Positions 25,071 to 37,756 of a stretch of DNA of 64,000 nucleotides are shown piece after piece. The translations under genes were made by a program, and so were the position numbers. Where the stretch lies: positions 27,466,001-27,530,000 of the forward strand of contig OX597814.1 in assembly GCA_951406725.2 (NCBI GenBank), given 5' to 3'. The notes beneath the pieces were generated by a model that was not told where the DNA came from, ran no database searches, and saw only the letters and a program-made list of their open reading frames with translations. How positions within the stretch are numbered: the first letter of the stretch is position 1; each line of letters starts with the position of its first letter. The DNA comes from Octopus vulgaris (lineage: Eukaryota).

Positions 25071-25587
25071 GTAAGTATTTATCTCTAATAGTTTCTTCTA
25101 TCTTGTACTTGTTTCAGTCATTAGACTGCAGCCATGCTGGGGCACTGCCTTGAATTTTTAGTTGAATAAATAAGCCTAGTACTTATTCTATTGATCTCTT
25201 CTGCTGAACCCCTAAGTTACAGGGATGTAAACACACCAACATTGGTTGTCAAGCAGTAATGGGGTGACAAATACAATCATAAATAGATATATATACATAA
25301 AAGTATATATATATATATGATGGACTTCTTTCAGTTTCTGTCTATCAAATCCACTCAAGGCTTTGGTTGGCTTGAGGCTGTAGTAGAAGACACTTTCCCA
25401 AGGTGCTATGCAATAGGACTGATATTGGAGCCATGTGGTTGGGAAGCAAGCTTCTTACCTTACAGTCACTCCTGCAATATTTTTTTGTGTAAACCTACAT
25501 TTTCAATTAAATTTTGACATGAGTACTGCTTAGCATGGAATGTAAAATGAATGAATGAACAAACTAAACTATTTTTTTCTATTTCAG

Positions 25588-25675
25588 GATGAATCTTGTG
25601 TGAATCCATCTGTTGAACTCACTCAATCATTATCTGTTATATTTGACCCCACTATGAAAAACAATGGTTATAAAA
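25588..25675 (+). CDS. PIGT: PIG-T exon 5
   Basis: DESCVNPSVELTQSLSVIFDP; phase 0 to 1. Confidence 0.92.
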
Positions 25676-25844
25676 GTATGTATGCTTATCATTTTTGTTC
25701 TTTCTAGTACTAATATTTTAATAAGTACAATATAGTATAAAATCTTGGGAAATATGAAGAATTATGGAATTAATCAATGTCACAAATTGAAATTAGAAAA
25801 GATTATCATATAAAATTTAACATCTTAATGTTGATTGGGTAAAA

Positions 25845-26180
25845 GATAAACATTCGCTTCAGTCATGAATGACCATGGAATTGCACCTAGAAAGTTTCCC
25901 TCCGAGGCACAAGTCTGGGCAAAAGTATTTATGGAAGACCACCAGTTACCCATGCATACCACCCTCCCCTTCTTCATGCCACCGATGTTGTCCAAGCTAA
26001 AAGTAAATGCCAATACAGCTTGGTACCAGTGACATCACAACTCATTTCTACAGCTGAGTGAACTGGAGCAACATAAAATAAAGTGTCTTGCTCAAGAACA
26101 CAACAGACAGCCCAGTCTGGGAATCAAACTCACAACCTCACTATTGTAAGCCCAATATGCTAACCTCCGAGCCATGCGTC
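25845..26180 (-). mobile_element. SINE (head B, CORE-like body, tail T2)
   Basis: Reverse complement of 59265-59605; another copy at 63100-63428. Confidence 0.8.
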
Positions 26181-27097
26181 TTAATGTTTATTAGAGGAAC
26201 ATTTTTATTTATAACTTGTGAAAAAAAGTTTATGGCATAATTCAGTAACTATTTGTTGATTTCATAATAAAGTCTAGTCTATATTCACATGGCATGTCAT
26301 CAATAATATGACATTAGGATATAATTGTAATTGACTTCTAAACATTGAGATTACCCTTCAAGCTTATGTGTCTCATTGCATAAAAATATTTCTCACTTTG
26401 TTACTCCAAGACTTGAGCTTCAAAATCAATGTTTTGAAATATAGCTATGTGTTGATTTACGAAAAAAATTTGAATCTTTCTTTTACAGTCTGCTAATATT
26501 TCTTGTCAATTAAATCTCTTTGTGCTGTAAATAATTTCATTATAATTTCTCATGAACCAAACAATGCACTGACATCATTTCATCACTCATATACTACTAG
26601 GTGATGAGAACAGGGGAATCAGACGAGTAAAGAACATGAAGATACCGTAGTGTAGATCAGGATATCGTCTGATATAATGCTTTTACCATGTGTAGGCGTT
26701 ATATGATATTTAGCTATGATTGCTTTAAGGGATATAGTTACTGTAATCTATGTAGAAAGCTAGTTTAACTTTTGTGTATTATTGGTGATTATATTTTTTT
26801 TGAAAGGCCTGCCAAAATTTTAATTTAGAAATGCGAAGCATCAAACTATTATATATATCTATATATATACCGGACTTTTGTATATCTAATATACACACTC
26901 AAACTATTCTATAGTATCTAATATGGCATTTAACTTCTTCCTCTATTTCTACAGTTACAGAAATTTTCTCTAAAAATTTCAGCTGTTCATTTATTACTAG
27001 TTTGATTTGCTTATAATTTTTCTATTTCAAAATAAATTATTGATAATCTTAATGTTTTGTAAAGTTAGTAAAGTTATATTCTTTCTTTTACAATCAG

Positions 27098-27192
27098 ATT
27101 GGTCATTAAGAAAACTTTTTGGGCGGTCACTAAGAAACCAATGCCCCCTTGCTTCACACAGCAATATTTATATTGATGCGGATTGTGTACAG
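27098..27192 (+). CDS. PIGT: PIG-T exon 6
   Basis: WSLRKLFGRSLRNQCPLASHSNIYID; phase 1 to 0. Confidence 0.93.
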
Positions 27193-27198
27193 GTCAGT

Positions 27199-27507
27199 AT
27201 AATAATAATAATAATGAAATTATTGTATACAGTGCTCAGGTGCACCACAACTTGTCAGAAAGTGCATATAAAGTACATGCAATAATGTAGAAATGTCTGG
27301 AAAGTGAACATGCTTGTGTGTGTATGGAGGGGAGAAAATCAAGTGTAGTGTTGGCAAATCTCAGGAAGCATGGAAGTTTTGAAGGATGCAGTGCTCCGAC
27401 AACTAACAACCGATGCCGGCAGTTTGTTCCACGCTTCAGCAACTCTCAGCGTGAAAAAATATTTCCTGAAGTCATGGGAGCTGTGCTGTTTTCTTACTTT
27501 GTAAATA
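27199..27507 (-). mobile_element. 5'-truncated CR1-group LINE 3' end, antisense in PIGT intron 6
   Basis: Reverse complement of the 2763-3092 type; its tail abuts the exon 6 donor. Confidence 0.9.
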
Positions 27508-28773
27508 TAGAAATATAGAATAAAGAAATATAGAAATATAGAATAAAAACAAGAAAAATATACCTTATTTGAAACATGTTATACTTTTAATATTTTTTTC
27601 TTTATTTTCAATTCAAAACTTTGTGAAATGGAAAGGTCTTTCATGTTATCCTTAAAAATACATAGACATATTTGTAAAACAGAATGGACTGTTGGGAACT
27701 TAAATATAACTATATGGAAACATTAATATAAAGTTGTTGATTATGACTTCTTTTATTGCTAGGGGTTAATCATCATCATCGTTTAACGTCTGTTTTCCAT
27801 GCTAGCATGGGTTGGATGGTTCAACCGGGGTCTGGGAAGCCAAGAGACTGCACCAGGCTCCAGTCTGATCTGGCAGTGTTTCTACAGCTGGATGCCCTTC
27901 CTAACGCCAACCACTACGTGAGTGTAGTGGGTGCTTTTTTACGTGCCAGGCAGCGCTGGCATCGGCCACATTCGGATGGTGCTTTTTACATGCCACTGGC
28001 ACAGGTATCACAACTACAATTTCCATTTGATTTTTTTGATGTTGATGTACTTGACTCAATAGGTCTCCTCAAGCACAGTGTGTGTATATATATATATATA
28101 TATCATCATCATCCTTTAACGTCTGCTTTCCATGCTAGCATGGGTTGGACGATTTGACTGAGGACTGGCGAACCAGATGGCTGCGCCAGGCACCAATCTG
28201 ATCTGGCAGTGTTTCTACAGCCGGATGCCCTTCCTAACGCCAACCACTCCGAAAGTGCAGTGGGTGCTTTTATGTGCCACCTGCACGAAGGCTAGTCTGG
28301 CGGTACTGGCTACAGCCATGCTCGAAATAATTAGTTAGAGTGAAGAGGAAGAGAATTACTGTTTAACTTTGGAGGACAGATAGAAGGTTTGGAAAACTTA
28401 AGCAGATGCATACTTGGATTAGACACAATAAAGGTAACAAGAGGAGAGTTGGTCACTTCAAGAGATTTCCTGGTAAAAATGTCAGCAAGTTCAAATCTGC
28501 AGAGACTTTGTATTGATGGCAAAAGGAGTACACAGCTCAAAAACAGGAAATTAGGTGTAGTGGTAGCTTCTAGGTAAGGTAATCAGACAGAATGTGTGTG
28601 TGTGTGTGTAAGGTGAGTGCTTCATCCTACATGTGTGTAGGGCAATTTGCTTTGCAGAAGATTTTCTGATTCTCATAAAGAAACTTATTTTTTGGGATGC
28701 AGTGACTGCTTGTCGGTTTCAGTAAAAATCAGTAACATGTTAATAGTATTGTTGTTGTTCTTTATTTTTATAG

Positions 28774-28981
28774 GATTCTGACTATCAATGTCACTTGTCT
28801 CCAGAACCTGATGAAATGACAAGTTTCACCTTGAAAGAAGAAAATTTCTCTTATGGAGTTTATAGTGTTGGCAAGCACACCAGAAATGGCAATTTCTTTA
28901 ATATTGGTCTCAACTATGTTCAGCAGCCAAAATATACTTCTATTGTACCTCCACCACTGTATGTTCACCAATATATAACAG
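28774..28981 (+). CDS. PIGT: PIG-T exon 7
   Basis: DSDYQCHLSPEP...VPPPLYVHQYITG; TAG acceptor, GTGAGT donor. Confidence 0.9.
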
Positions 28982-30198
28982 GTGAGTGTATTTAAAAAAG
29001 AAGAGTTTTCAACTTTTTTAGAAGTGGGGGAAGAAAAATAAGGAAAATCTTCATCATTCCTTTGCTTAGTTGAGAATCACACTGCATGCTGGCATGCGAT
29101 GTGACAGTCTAGGCTTTTCTTCACTGTCTTATCTGTTTTTGTATCACTAATTTCTATTGGTGGTCACAGTACAGGCAGATTTAGTTGGAGCACAACAGTT
29201 TCTGTTCTTCTGCTCTTATCTTTAGAGACATGTATCCTAGTACGGTCTTTGGAGCTAACGAGACTATTGATACTACCTCTGTTTTTGCATGTGTGATCTT
29301 TTTGTTTGTTTTGATTGAATATGAAAGGCAATCTTAAAATGATGATGTAGGTCTCTGAGTATTTGAATAACCAAAGGTTGTGGGTTGGAGCTTGTTGCAG
29401 CAACAAACTGTTCTCTTTTTAATATTGTCTGTAATTTGAACATTTCTATTTCATTCTGTAAGTGGTCTGAGCAACCTGGGATAGTGTGAAGAGCACTATT
29501 TTCTTTCCTTTGTAGTTTGTAATTTTGTTGTGGAAAAAGTGGGGGCTAAGGTATGAATGACACCGTTTGTGATGGATCTAGTATGTTCTTTGGACACCAG
29601 TGTTGTTTCTTTGTGTTTAATAAATGTGGTGTCTGTGAGTGTCCTAAATGTTTCTGTGCACCATTTTACTTCTTCGACTATTGTACATTTGCTGTGCTGA
29701 GGAATGGTTTTACAATCAGGTTAATTGGAATCTCTTTATATTAGTACAAACTTTAAAAATTTATCTGTCTGGTTGACATCAAAGCCACTTTTACGATAAT
29801 TGTTTGGCATTTGTACTTTTATATAATCAATTTATTGCTATAACATAACAGTATTATTACAGTTAAAAGTTAACTAACAAGATTCTAATTAAAATATTAA
29901 TTATCCATAAGTTGTGATGCTTGATCACTTAAATCAGGAACAATATAATTCCATTTAAGTTAAAATATACTTCTGCATTTGTTTCTGTCTGTTGTTCCTT
30001 GTATATAAAGGGTTGACTACAACACTGCCAAAAATAGAAAGATTTGTATCTTTTGACATGGAATCTGCTTTTCAGAATTAAACTATAGCAGTTAGCCGCA
30101 GAAAAAAATAAGGAAAATATAAAAAACTTCATCTTTATAAATTTTGGAAAATAAAACTTGTCAGAAAATATAATTTATACATGTTTATTATTATAGAT

Positions 30199-30409
30199 TT
30201 AACCCTTTCGTTACCAACCTGCTGAAACTGGCTCTGGTTTTGAGTACAAATGTCTTGTTTTCATAAGTTTTGAATTAAAAATTTCCACCAAACCTTCGTC
30301 ACAATGTATGTTCCCAACACTAGCTGAATGATAACTAAGTTATTTTACTAAATTCTTTGTGAAAGAAACACAGAGCATCTCAAAATAAATACAGTAATGA
30401 GATGGTTAA
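30199..30409. mobile_element. piggyBac-like MITE (TTAA flanks)
   Basis: TTAACCCTTTCGTTAC...GTAATGAGATGGTTAA; related copy at 45268-45492. Confidence 0.65.
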
Positions 30410-30592
30410 GAAAAAAATATTTTTTCCTCTTTTGGTCAGTATGGAGAACTATCTTACATAAAATTTGATTTTTTGATTCTTGCTACAAACTAGCAAAATA
30501 TTTTAAAAAATATATTCTAATTTGATAAAAGCTATACTAAATTATCATAATTTGTCAACCATTTAATGCTGATTTTATTGTTTTGTTTGTAG

Positions 30593-30745
30593 GTTATGGC
30601 TTAGAAAACGGTGGCATAATTTGTCATTTATACAATAAGCTACCTGAAAAATTAAAAGTAATTTACCTACAATCGATACCATGGTTCATGAGGGTTTACT
30701 TTAATTCTGTCAAAATAATTAGTGCTGAAACTACTATTCAGCCAA
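30593..30745 (+). CDS. PIGT: PIG-T exon 8
   Basis: GYGLENGGI...IYLQSIPWFMRVYFNSV; phase 1 to 1. Confidence 0.94.
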
Positions 30746-33032
30746 GTAAGTATTGAATTACTAGTCAGTTAAAATAATTAGTAATGAAATTACTATTCGA
30801 CCAGGTGAGTATGATTTTCTTTCTATTTAATTCAGCTGAAATATAATTAAATTATATTCATTCTAGTATTTTCTTTGCACTTTTGAAATTCAAATGATGA
30901 AAAATTATTCTTATAAAATAATATTTTTTATTAGGTTAGTTGTTTCCTTTCGAGAGTTGGGCCTCACAGAGGCAATGACTGAGACCTTTGGCATTATGTC
31001 ATGCTTGAGAAGAAGACCTTTCAAGCTGAGCAAAATAGCAGTCATGGCAGATACCAGGGTCATGCAAATTGGCTCCCACGCCGGTGGCATGTAAAAGCAC
31101 CTGTTACACTCTCAGAGCATTTGGTGTTAGGAAGGGCACCCAGCCATAGAAAACCATGCCAAATCAGACTGGAGTCTGGTGCAACCTCCCAGCATGCCAG
31201 CCCGGTCAAACAGTCTAACCCATGTCAGCATGGACAACGGATGTTAAATGATGATGATGTTTGAAAAAATTCATTGTTCACACAAAAGGACAGGTTTTCT
31301 AAATAGCTAAATGTATTGCTTCATTTAATGTAGTGACAAGTAGCGGTTACTTTCGAGATAAATAAATTACTAATTTAATATTACCAACACCATAATAATC
31401 ATAAACTTTGGTATTAGTTTGTTGTTTCATATTCATAAAAATGATTCTACTAACTTTTTTAAAAGCTTAATTTTCATTTTCCACCAAATTTGCAATCAAA
31501 GAAATTTGCTTTTCATTTCATGACTGAAAGGTACTTTTATCCTGAATTGCTCAAGCTTTGCTTTGTATGAACTTTGCCATGAAATATTCTTCTATCTCAT
31601 GTGAGACCTCTTCCAACCATTAATCATTGATATTCAAGGTTTCATTTCAAAATAAAGCCACTAATTGGCAACCTTGATATTCTGTCCTGTTACCATCCTG
31701 TGTCTTAATTAGCTTTATCCCTGTTACAGTAAATTTAGTTTTTCTGAAATGTTGCTGGTGAAAATCATTGTTATTCAATACATAACTTGCAGTGTATACA
31801 AGCTCACTATGAAAATCTTTTCTATTTCATTTAAATTCTGAATTAACTGCCACAATATTATCCATTTATTTCCTCTTTCACACTTCAAATAACTTTATAA
31901 TCTCTGGGCAAAACATAGAAATGAAGAATATAATAGTAATGGAATTGTATAAATTAAATCTGTAACTTCAAGTTATTTTAAGATCTAGGATTTATAGAGT
32001 CACAATTAAAAAGAAACTTGATAATTATACATTATTGGAATATTCTGGACAGCAGCTCAGATATAAGAAAAGCCACCCTGATAATGTTCCTCTATCTTAA
32101 TCAGTCAACTGTTCAATACTTCCATAGACGATGTTCTAAAAATACTCAAAACATTTTATTTATTTATTAAAATATTTTTATTTAAGTTTTGAAATGTCAT
32201 TGTTTCAGATCTCATGTGATGAAATGTCTTTTGTTGATATTTTCAACCTCCATTTGTCCAATTGTTAAACACATACTGCTGGTTCTGGCTATTTCCATAA
32301 CTTTTCAAAACGCTAAACAATTTAGGATGAAATCTATGTAAAATTGACCTGCTAATTGCATATGTAAATGACAGTAATTTCAGTTAACGGCATAATCTTG
32401 TTTTCTGATTATGAGTAAAAAAAATTCCATGAGTTAAAATAACAGTAGTCAATACTTAATGTTCACAAACTCCTGGCAGTTGAGTCAAATGTATTCAAGT
32501 TACCCGTACCACTTTAATGAATTCAAATTATTTCATGTATAAGTTAAAACACTCTTCAGTAATAAATCTCTGTTGTAGATACAAGTTGTCAAAAAATAGT
32601 TTTTGATTTAAATGGTGAATGGAATGAAAAAAAAATACACAAAAAAAAAAAAGAGTTTAATCAAAAGTAACTTGAATTATAATGAAGAGAGAAAGAAAAC
32701 ATGTTTAATAAAAATTAGAAGAGAAAACAGTGTTAAAAACATTTAAGTGGTAGCTTATTGCAAGAAAATGTATTTTGGAATATTGCAACGCATGACAGAT
32801 GGTTAAAAATTAAAAAAAATATTTGGTAATTTAATGTGGCACGCAGCTTTACATAATTGAAGATATTCTCTTAATTGAGGTCTCACTTTTGGCTAATTTT
32901 ACCCTAATTTTTTAAAAATCATTGCTAATTAACATATATAATAAACTGATTAAGCATAGTTTCTGTATTGAGATGTAAACATTTAGAATTAATCTTTTCA
33001 TTAGTAATATATATCATTCGTTTTATTCCCAG

Positions 33033-33279
33033 TTGCTATAAACTATATACAAGGAAAAGACAGAGTGCAGCCTTACACTTTAGAAATAGTTGTTGAACTC
33101 CCACCAAATTCTGTGAGCTCACTTTCTTTTGATTTTGACCGTGCCTTCCTGAAATGGACAGAATATCCTCCTGATGCCAATCATGGTTTTTATATCAATT
33201 CCGCTGTGATTTCTGCAATTCTTCCTGTGGCTAGAAACTACACTTCTCCTCGACAACAATCCTCTGTTCTAATTGACAG
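33033..33279 (+). CDS. PIGT: PIG-T exon 9
   Basis: YIQGKDRVQPYTLE...FDRAFLKWTEYPPDANHGFYINSAVI. Confidence 0.96.
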
Positions 33280-33813
33280 GTAAACCCTAATTGAAATTAT
33301 TTTCATTTATAAAGCTGTTGATACAATATAAAATCTTTAATATGTAAAGTTGAAATTTTTTTCTCCTTTTTTTCCTATACTTGCTTGGTAGGATGTTTCA
33401 AGCAATTGACTTTTACCAATAACCACTCAGAAGAGAATGGACAGAGCCCATACTATTTTTTTTTTAGTTTAATTAGGCAAACTGAAACTAGTAAAGATTG
33501 GGGAAAATTTCCTAGGGGTGTCTTCTGCATGAAGAAAATATAATTAAGTGGTAGGGATAACATACTGAATATAGAGAGTAAATAATAAAAATAATGTGTT
33601 GGCTGGCCGCCAACACATTTTCCTGCAAAATATGGGTAGTTTATCCTGTTCATGCTATATTAGCATTATCCTGCGTTTGAGAATAAAATTATTTCCTTAT
33701 CTTTAAATAAAATAAGTTACTAATATTTTATGTTGGATGAAATAAATAATTTTCAAAGAAAGAAATTCAATTGTATATATATATGTTATGAAATAATAAA
33801 AAATTTTGTTTAG

Positions 33814-34057
33814 TTTCAGAGAATCAGCTGATTCTGATCAGCTTCTTGTGAGGATTCATACTGAAAACTTGCTGCTCTCACTGCCAACTCCAGACTTTAG
33901 CATGCCTTATAATGTGATTTGTCTTGCCTGTACAGTAATTGCAATAGCATTTGGATCTATACACAATTTGACAACCCGGAGATTAGTAGCTAAAGATCCT
34001 GACCTCAAAACTGGTTTGAAACACACAATAAAAAAATATCTGCAAAAACTCTTTTGA
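33814..34057 (+). CDS. PIGT: PIG-T exon 10 (TM helix, stop)
   Basis: IHTENLLLSLPTPDFSMPYNVICLACTVIAIAFGSIHNLTTR. An in-frame alternative start at 33820 is also possible. Confidence 0.96.
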
Positions 34058-34156
34058 TAAAAAGTTAGCAGCTTTTTGGAAGTAATCAAGTTGTTAAATT
34101 TTTCAATTATAATTACTGTTTCTTTTTTTTGTATGTGTGTCTGTATATATGGGATG

Positions 34157-34162
34157 AATAAA
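34157..34162 (+). terminator. candidate PIGT poly(A) signal AATAAA (second at 34257-34262)
   Basis: 100 nt after the stop, followed by T-rich sequence. Confidence 0.5.
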
Positions 34163-34285
34163 AAAATAACCTTTTAAATTTTTTATGAACAAAAGTTTTT
34201 TCATTCATGTTGTCATTTCAGGTGTAGATATGGTGGATATATCCTGTGGAAGATAAAATAAATAGTTTATTTTAAAAAATAATTA

Positions 34286-34812
34286 AGTTCTATATTTAAG
34301 AGATGAGGAATTGTGTACATTATTTACAATTGACGGATATTTGTCCTCATCTTTCTTGCTGTTAATATAACATTTCGGCTGATATACCCTCCAGCCTTCA
34401 TCAGGTGTATTGGGGAAATTTCAAACCTGGGTTCTCATTCCTAAGGTATTTTTCAATGTTGTTGTTATTATTATTTTTCAGGTCACTGCCTGGAATCGAA
34501 CTCGGAATCTTGGGGTTAGTAGCCCGCACTCTTAACCACTATGCCATATGGGCGTAGTGGTTAAGAGTGCCATATGCCCACAGTCATATGGCGTAGTGGT
34601 TTAGAGTGCGGGCTACTAACCCCAAGATTCCGAGTTCGATTCCAGCAGTGACCTGAATAATAATAATAATAAAAATAACATCGAAAAATACCTTAGGAAT
34701 GAGAACCCAGGTTCGAAATTTCCCCAAGACACCTGATGAAGGCTGGAGGGTATATCAGCTGAAACATGTTAACAGCAGACAAAATAAGGACAAATATCTG
34801 TCAATTGTAAAT
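34286..34812. mobile_element. head-to-head dimer of a tRNA-headed, hammerhead-bearing retroelement
   Basis: + copy: A box 34589-34599, B box 34634-34642, CTGATGA 34733-34739, stem II, GAAAC 34761. - copy: CTGATGA 34404-34398, GAAA 34376-34373. AATTAAGTT at 34281-34289 and 34810-34818. Confidence 0.85.
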
Positions 34813-36439
34813 TAAGTTGAAAATATTTAATAATATTTACTAGAAATTAAAATTTCCTGCAGTATTTTATATAGTTTAGTATGAAGTTGTGTGATTAGTC
34901 ACAGTAGTGTGATAGTTGAAGTGAGTTAACAGTTTGTATCCTATTACTAGCATTATTATGTTGTTATCATCATCATCACTTAATGCCCGCTTTCCATTTT
35001 GGCATGGATGGGATGATTTGACAGAGAACCAGTGTGCTGCTGGGCTGTGTTGAGCTCCAATGTCATCTCTAGCATGGTTTCTTCCTAATGCTAGCCACTT
35101 GACAGAGTGTACTGGGTACTTTTTTCATGTCAGCAGCACTAGCAAGGTTACCATGAGATATGCATGATAGGAAAGAACAGAGAAAGAAAAGAGGAAAAAG
35201 CTCCCACTTCTAAGAAGTATTGTGTATGTAACAAAATCATAGACAGGTGCTACAATAAGATACTTGGTACAAGGTCTGAAATTTGTGGGAGGGCATTAGT
35301 TCATATAACTGAACCTAGGACTTGACTGGTACTTTATTTTATCAACTCAAAAAGGATGACAGGCAAAGCTGACCCCAGTGGGATTTGAACTCACAATATA
35401 GAGAGCCAGAACAAATACCACAAGACATTGTGTTGGATGCTCTACTGATTCTGCCAATCCTCAATGCTAATGAGTGCTTTGTTCAGTCTATGCAATGTAA
35501 TATGGGAAGTAAGAGATGAAAATAAGTTTGTTACATTAATTAATAATCAATGTGAAAAATTTTATTCTTACCTCATTCCTGAATGATTTACTATTAAAAG
35601 CATTGATCTCTTTCTCTGGCTGTTTATTATCGCAAACATAGTTTGGATCATCGTTGAAAAGATTACCACAATAAAATATCTGTAGAAATTGTAAACAAGA
35701 CATAAGTTACAAATACTCATAGTGAAAAGTTATAAATAGTTATTCTCTGCTCCACTTATTCATGGCTATGAAAGAATTGTTTTCAATGTTGCCCCAAATA
35801 TGATAAGTGCTATGCTAAGCTTTATCAGGTTTTTGCTACTACTGCTTTGCACCAATGTCTTAAGTTGTGCAATGAATGCTGACACATTATTTGATGCATT
35901 TTGCCAATCACAAATGATACTCTAAAAGATATTACTGAAAGTATTGGTGTTACATGTGGCATCAAAATATCTCAACAACATATTTTTGTAATTATCAGAG
36001 ATGACTACAGATATTACACTAAACTGTCTCTCCGTTTGCAACAAACATTAATTTATCAATCTATCTCCACATCAATCATCATCATTGTTTTAATGTGCCC
36101 ACTTTTCCATACGAAATCTTGAGGTAGATGTATCTATAGCAGGATGCTCTTCCTGACACAAATCTTTACCGTTTTCTGAGCAATGTAATACTTCTCCTAG
36201 TCTATGGAACACTGAATAGCTTGGATATGCTTTCATCAAGGATTGTAAACCAAAGATAATTGTGTGAATGATGACTTTTTGTTTACAATCAATGTGCACA
36301 TGTCAAGACAAGAGGAATATACACATACATCTCTGACAGGCTTCTTCTTGTTTCTGTCTACCAAATTTCATTTAACCTGCAGCTATACATATTAGCCAAG
36401 TGTCCACAAATTAGGAACAAACCCTAAACTATATGGTTT

Positions 36440-36935
36440 TAATAATAATAATGAAATTATTGTATACAGTGCTCAGGTGCACCACAACTTGTCAGAAAGT
36501 GCATATAAAGTACATGCAGTAATGTAGAAATGTCTGGAAAGTGAACATGCTTGTGTGTGTATGGAGGGGAGAAAATCAAGTGTAGTGTTGGCGAATCTCA
36601 GGAAGCATGGAAGTCTTGAAGGATGCAGTGCTCCGACAACTAACAACTGATGCCGGCAGTTTGTTCCACGCTTCAGCAACTCTCAGCGTGAAAAAATGTT
36701 TCCTGAAGTCATGGGAGCTGTGCTGTTTTCTTACTTTGTAAATATGTCCACGGGTGTTAGATGGGTGGAGTTTGAAGAGGTGCTCAGTGTTATTGTTTGT
36801 GCAATGGTTGATAATTTTATGGGTGTCTGCCAAGTCAGCTGCCAGACGTCGGAGTTTCAATGTGTTCATGCCCAGGGAAGTAAGGCGTTCAGGATATGGC
36901 AAATGCCTGATGGAGGGTTTTCTTTTGGTTGAAGC
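36440..36935 (-). mobile_element. 5'-truncated CR1-group LINE 3' end
   Basis: ORF 36576-37049 contains PSIRHLPYPERL...RKHFFTLRVAEAWNKLP; a shorter copy lies at 60443-60680. Confidence 0.92.
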
Positions 36936-37414
36936 AACCACTTTAATCATGGCTACACTATGCAGTGAGACGTAATTGCAGACTACATCATCATCTCTAA
37001 TAGCTCTGAATGTTGTTTTATGATAAAAAACAAAGCAGACTTGTGACATTCTATTATCCAGATAAAAGAAAAGCCCAGCTGGAGTATGATTTTACACACT
37101 AACCAGAAATGGATAAATCAATACAAAGATTGATACTTCATTAAGTGAGGCTGTGACATCATTCTCACTTTTGGCTTTAGATGGACTAATTAAATTCACT
37201 AGTGAATGCATAAAGAAAACTGCTACATGGTTGCTTGACTTGTTAGAAATAGCAACCAAATCTCTATCAAGTCACATCCTATGGTCTTAAAAAAAAATGG
37301 AAGGGTATATTAGTTAATATAGTCCTACATATTATGTTTGAGGGAAAAAAAAAGATAGACTTTGGGTTAAATAACAAAGCAACAAACAAACAGACAGACT
37401 GAAGCTTGCTTTTA

Positions 37415-37560
37415 TTAAGAAACATGTAAATTTATATTTACTTGTTCAGAATCTGAGCTTGGTGGACACACAAAATTATAATTTGACTCAAAATCAGAGC
37501 TGCTATCAGATGACTGAAAGATATTATATTCACTGGTGAAGTTGTGGTCAACGCTAAGAT
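37415..37560 (-). CDS. TINF2: TIN2-like gene, probable last exon
   Basis: Phase-1 acceptor TTGCAG; DLSVDHNF...SSDSEQVNINLHVS*; AATAAA overlaps the stop; alternative donor at 37441. Confidence 0.5.
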
Positions 37561-37756
37561 CTGCAAATTACCAAAGTAGGAAGTCATATAAAATTACATA
37601 TAGAATTTTTCAAACAAACACATACACAATTTTTTTTTTTTTTTATCTAAAATTATGATGGAAGGTTTTTATTTAGATATGAATACTTTAAAGGAAAGGG
37701 GCAATTTTGTTTCATAGAATGAGATGTCAAAAAGGCTTAAAGAATAGAATACTTAC

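Noticed and set aside
30769-30804. Independent 36-nt microexon
   Set aside because: It is in frame, but the preceding intron would be only 23 nt, too short to splice.
34585-34655. Functional tRNA gene
   Set aside because: It has A/B boxes but no proper acceptor stem and continues into a repeat body; it is a SINE-type head, as are those at 6771 and 59265.
35570-36065. Further coding exon of the TIN2-like gene
   Set aside because: The phase-0 frame I checked closes after 13 codons and no long minus-strand ORF is listed there.
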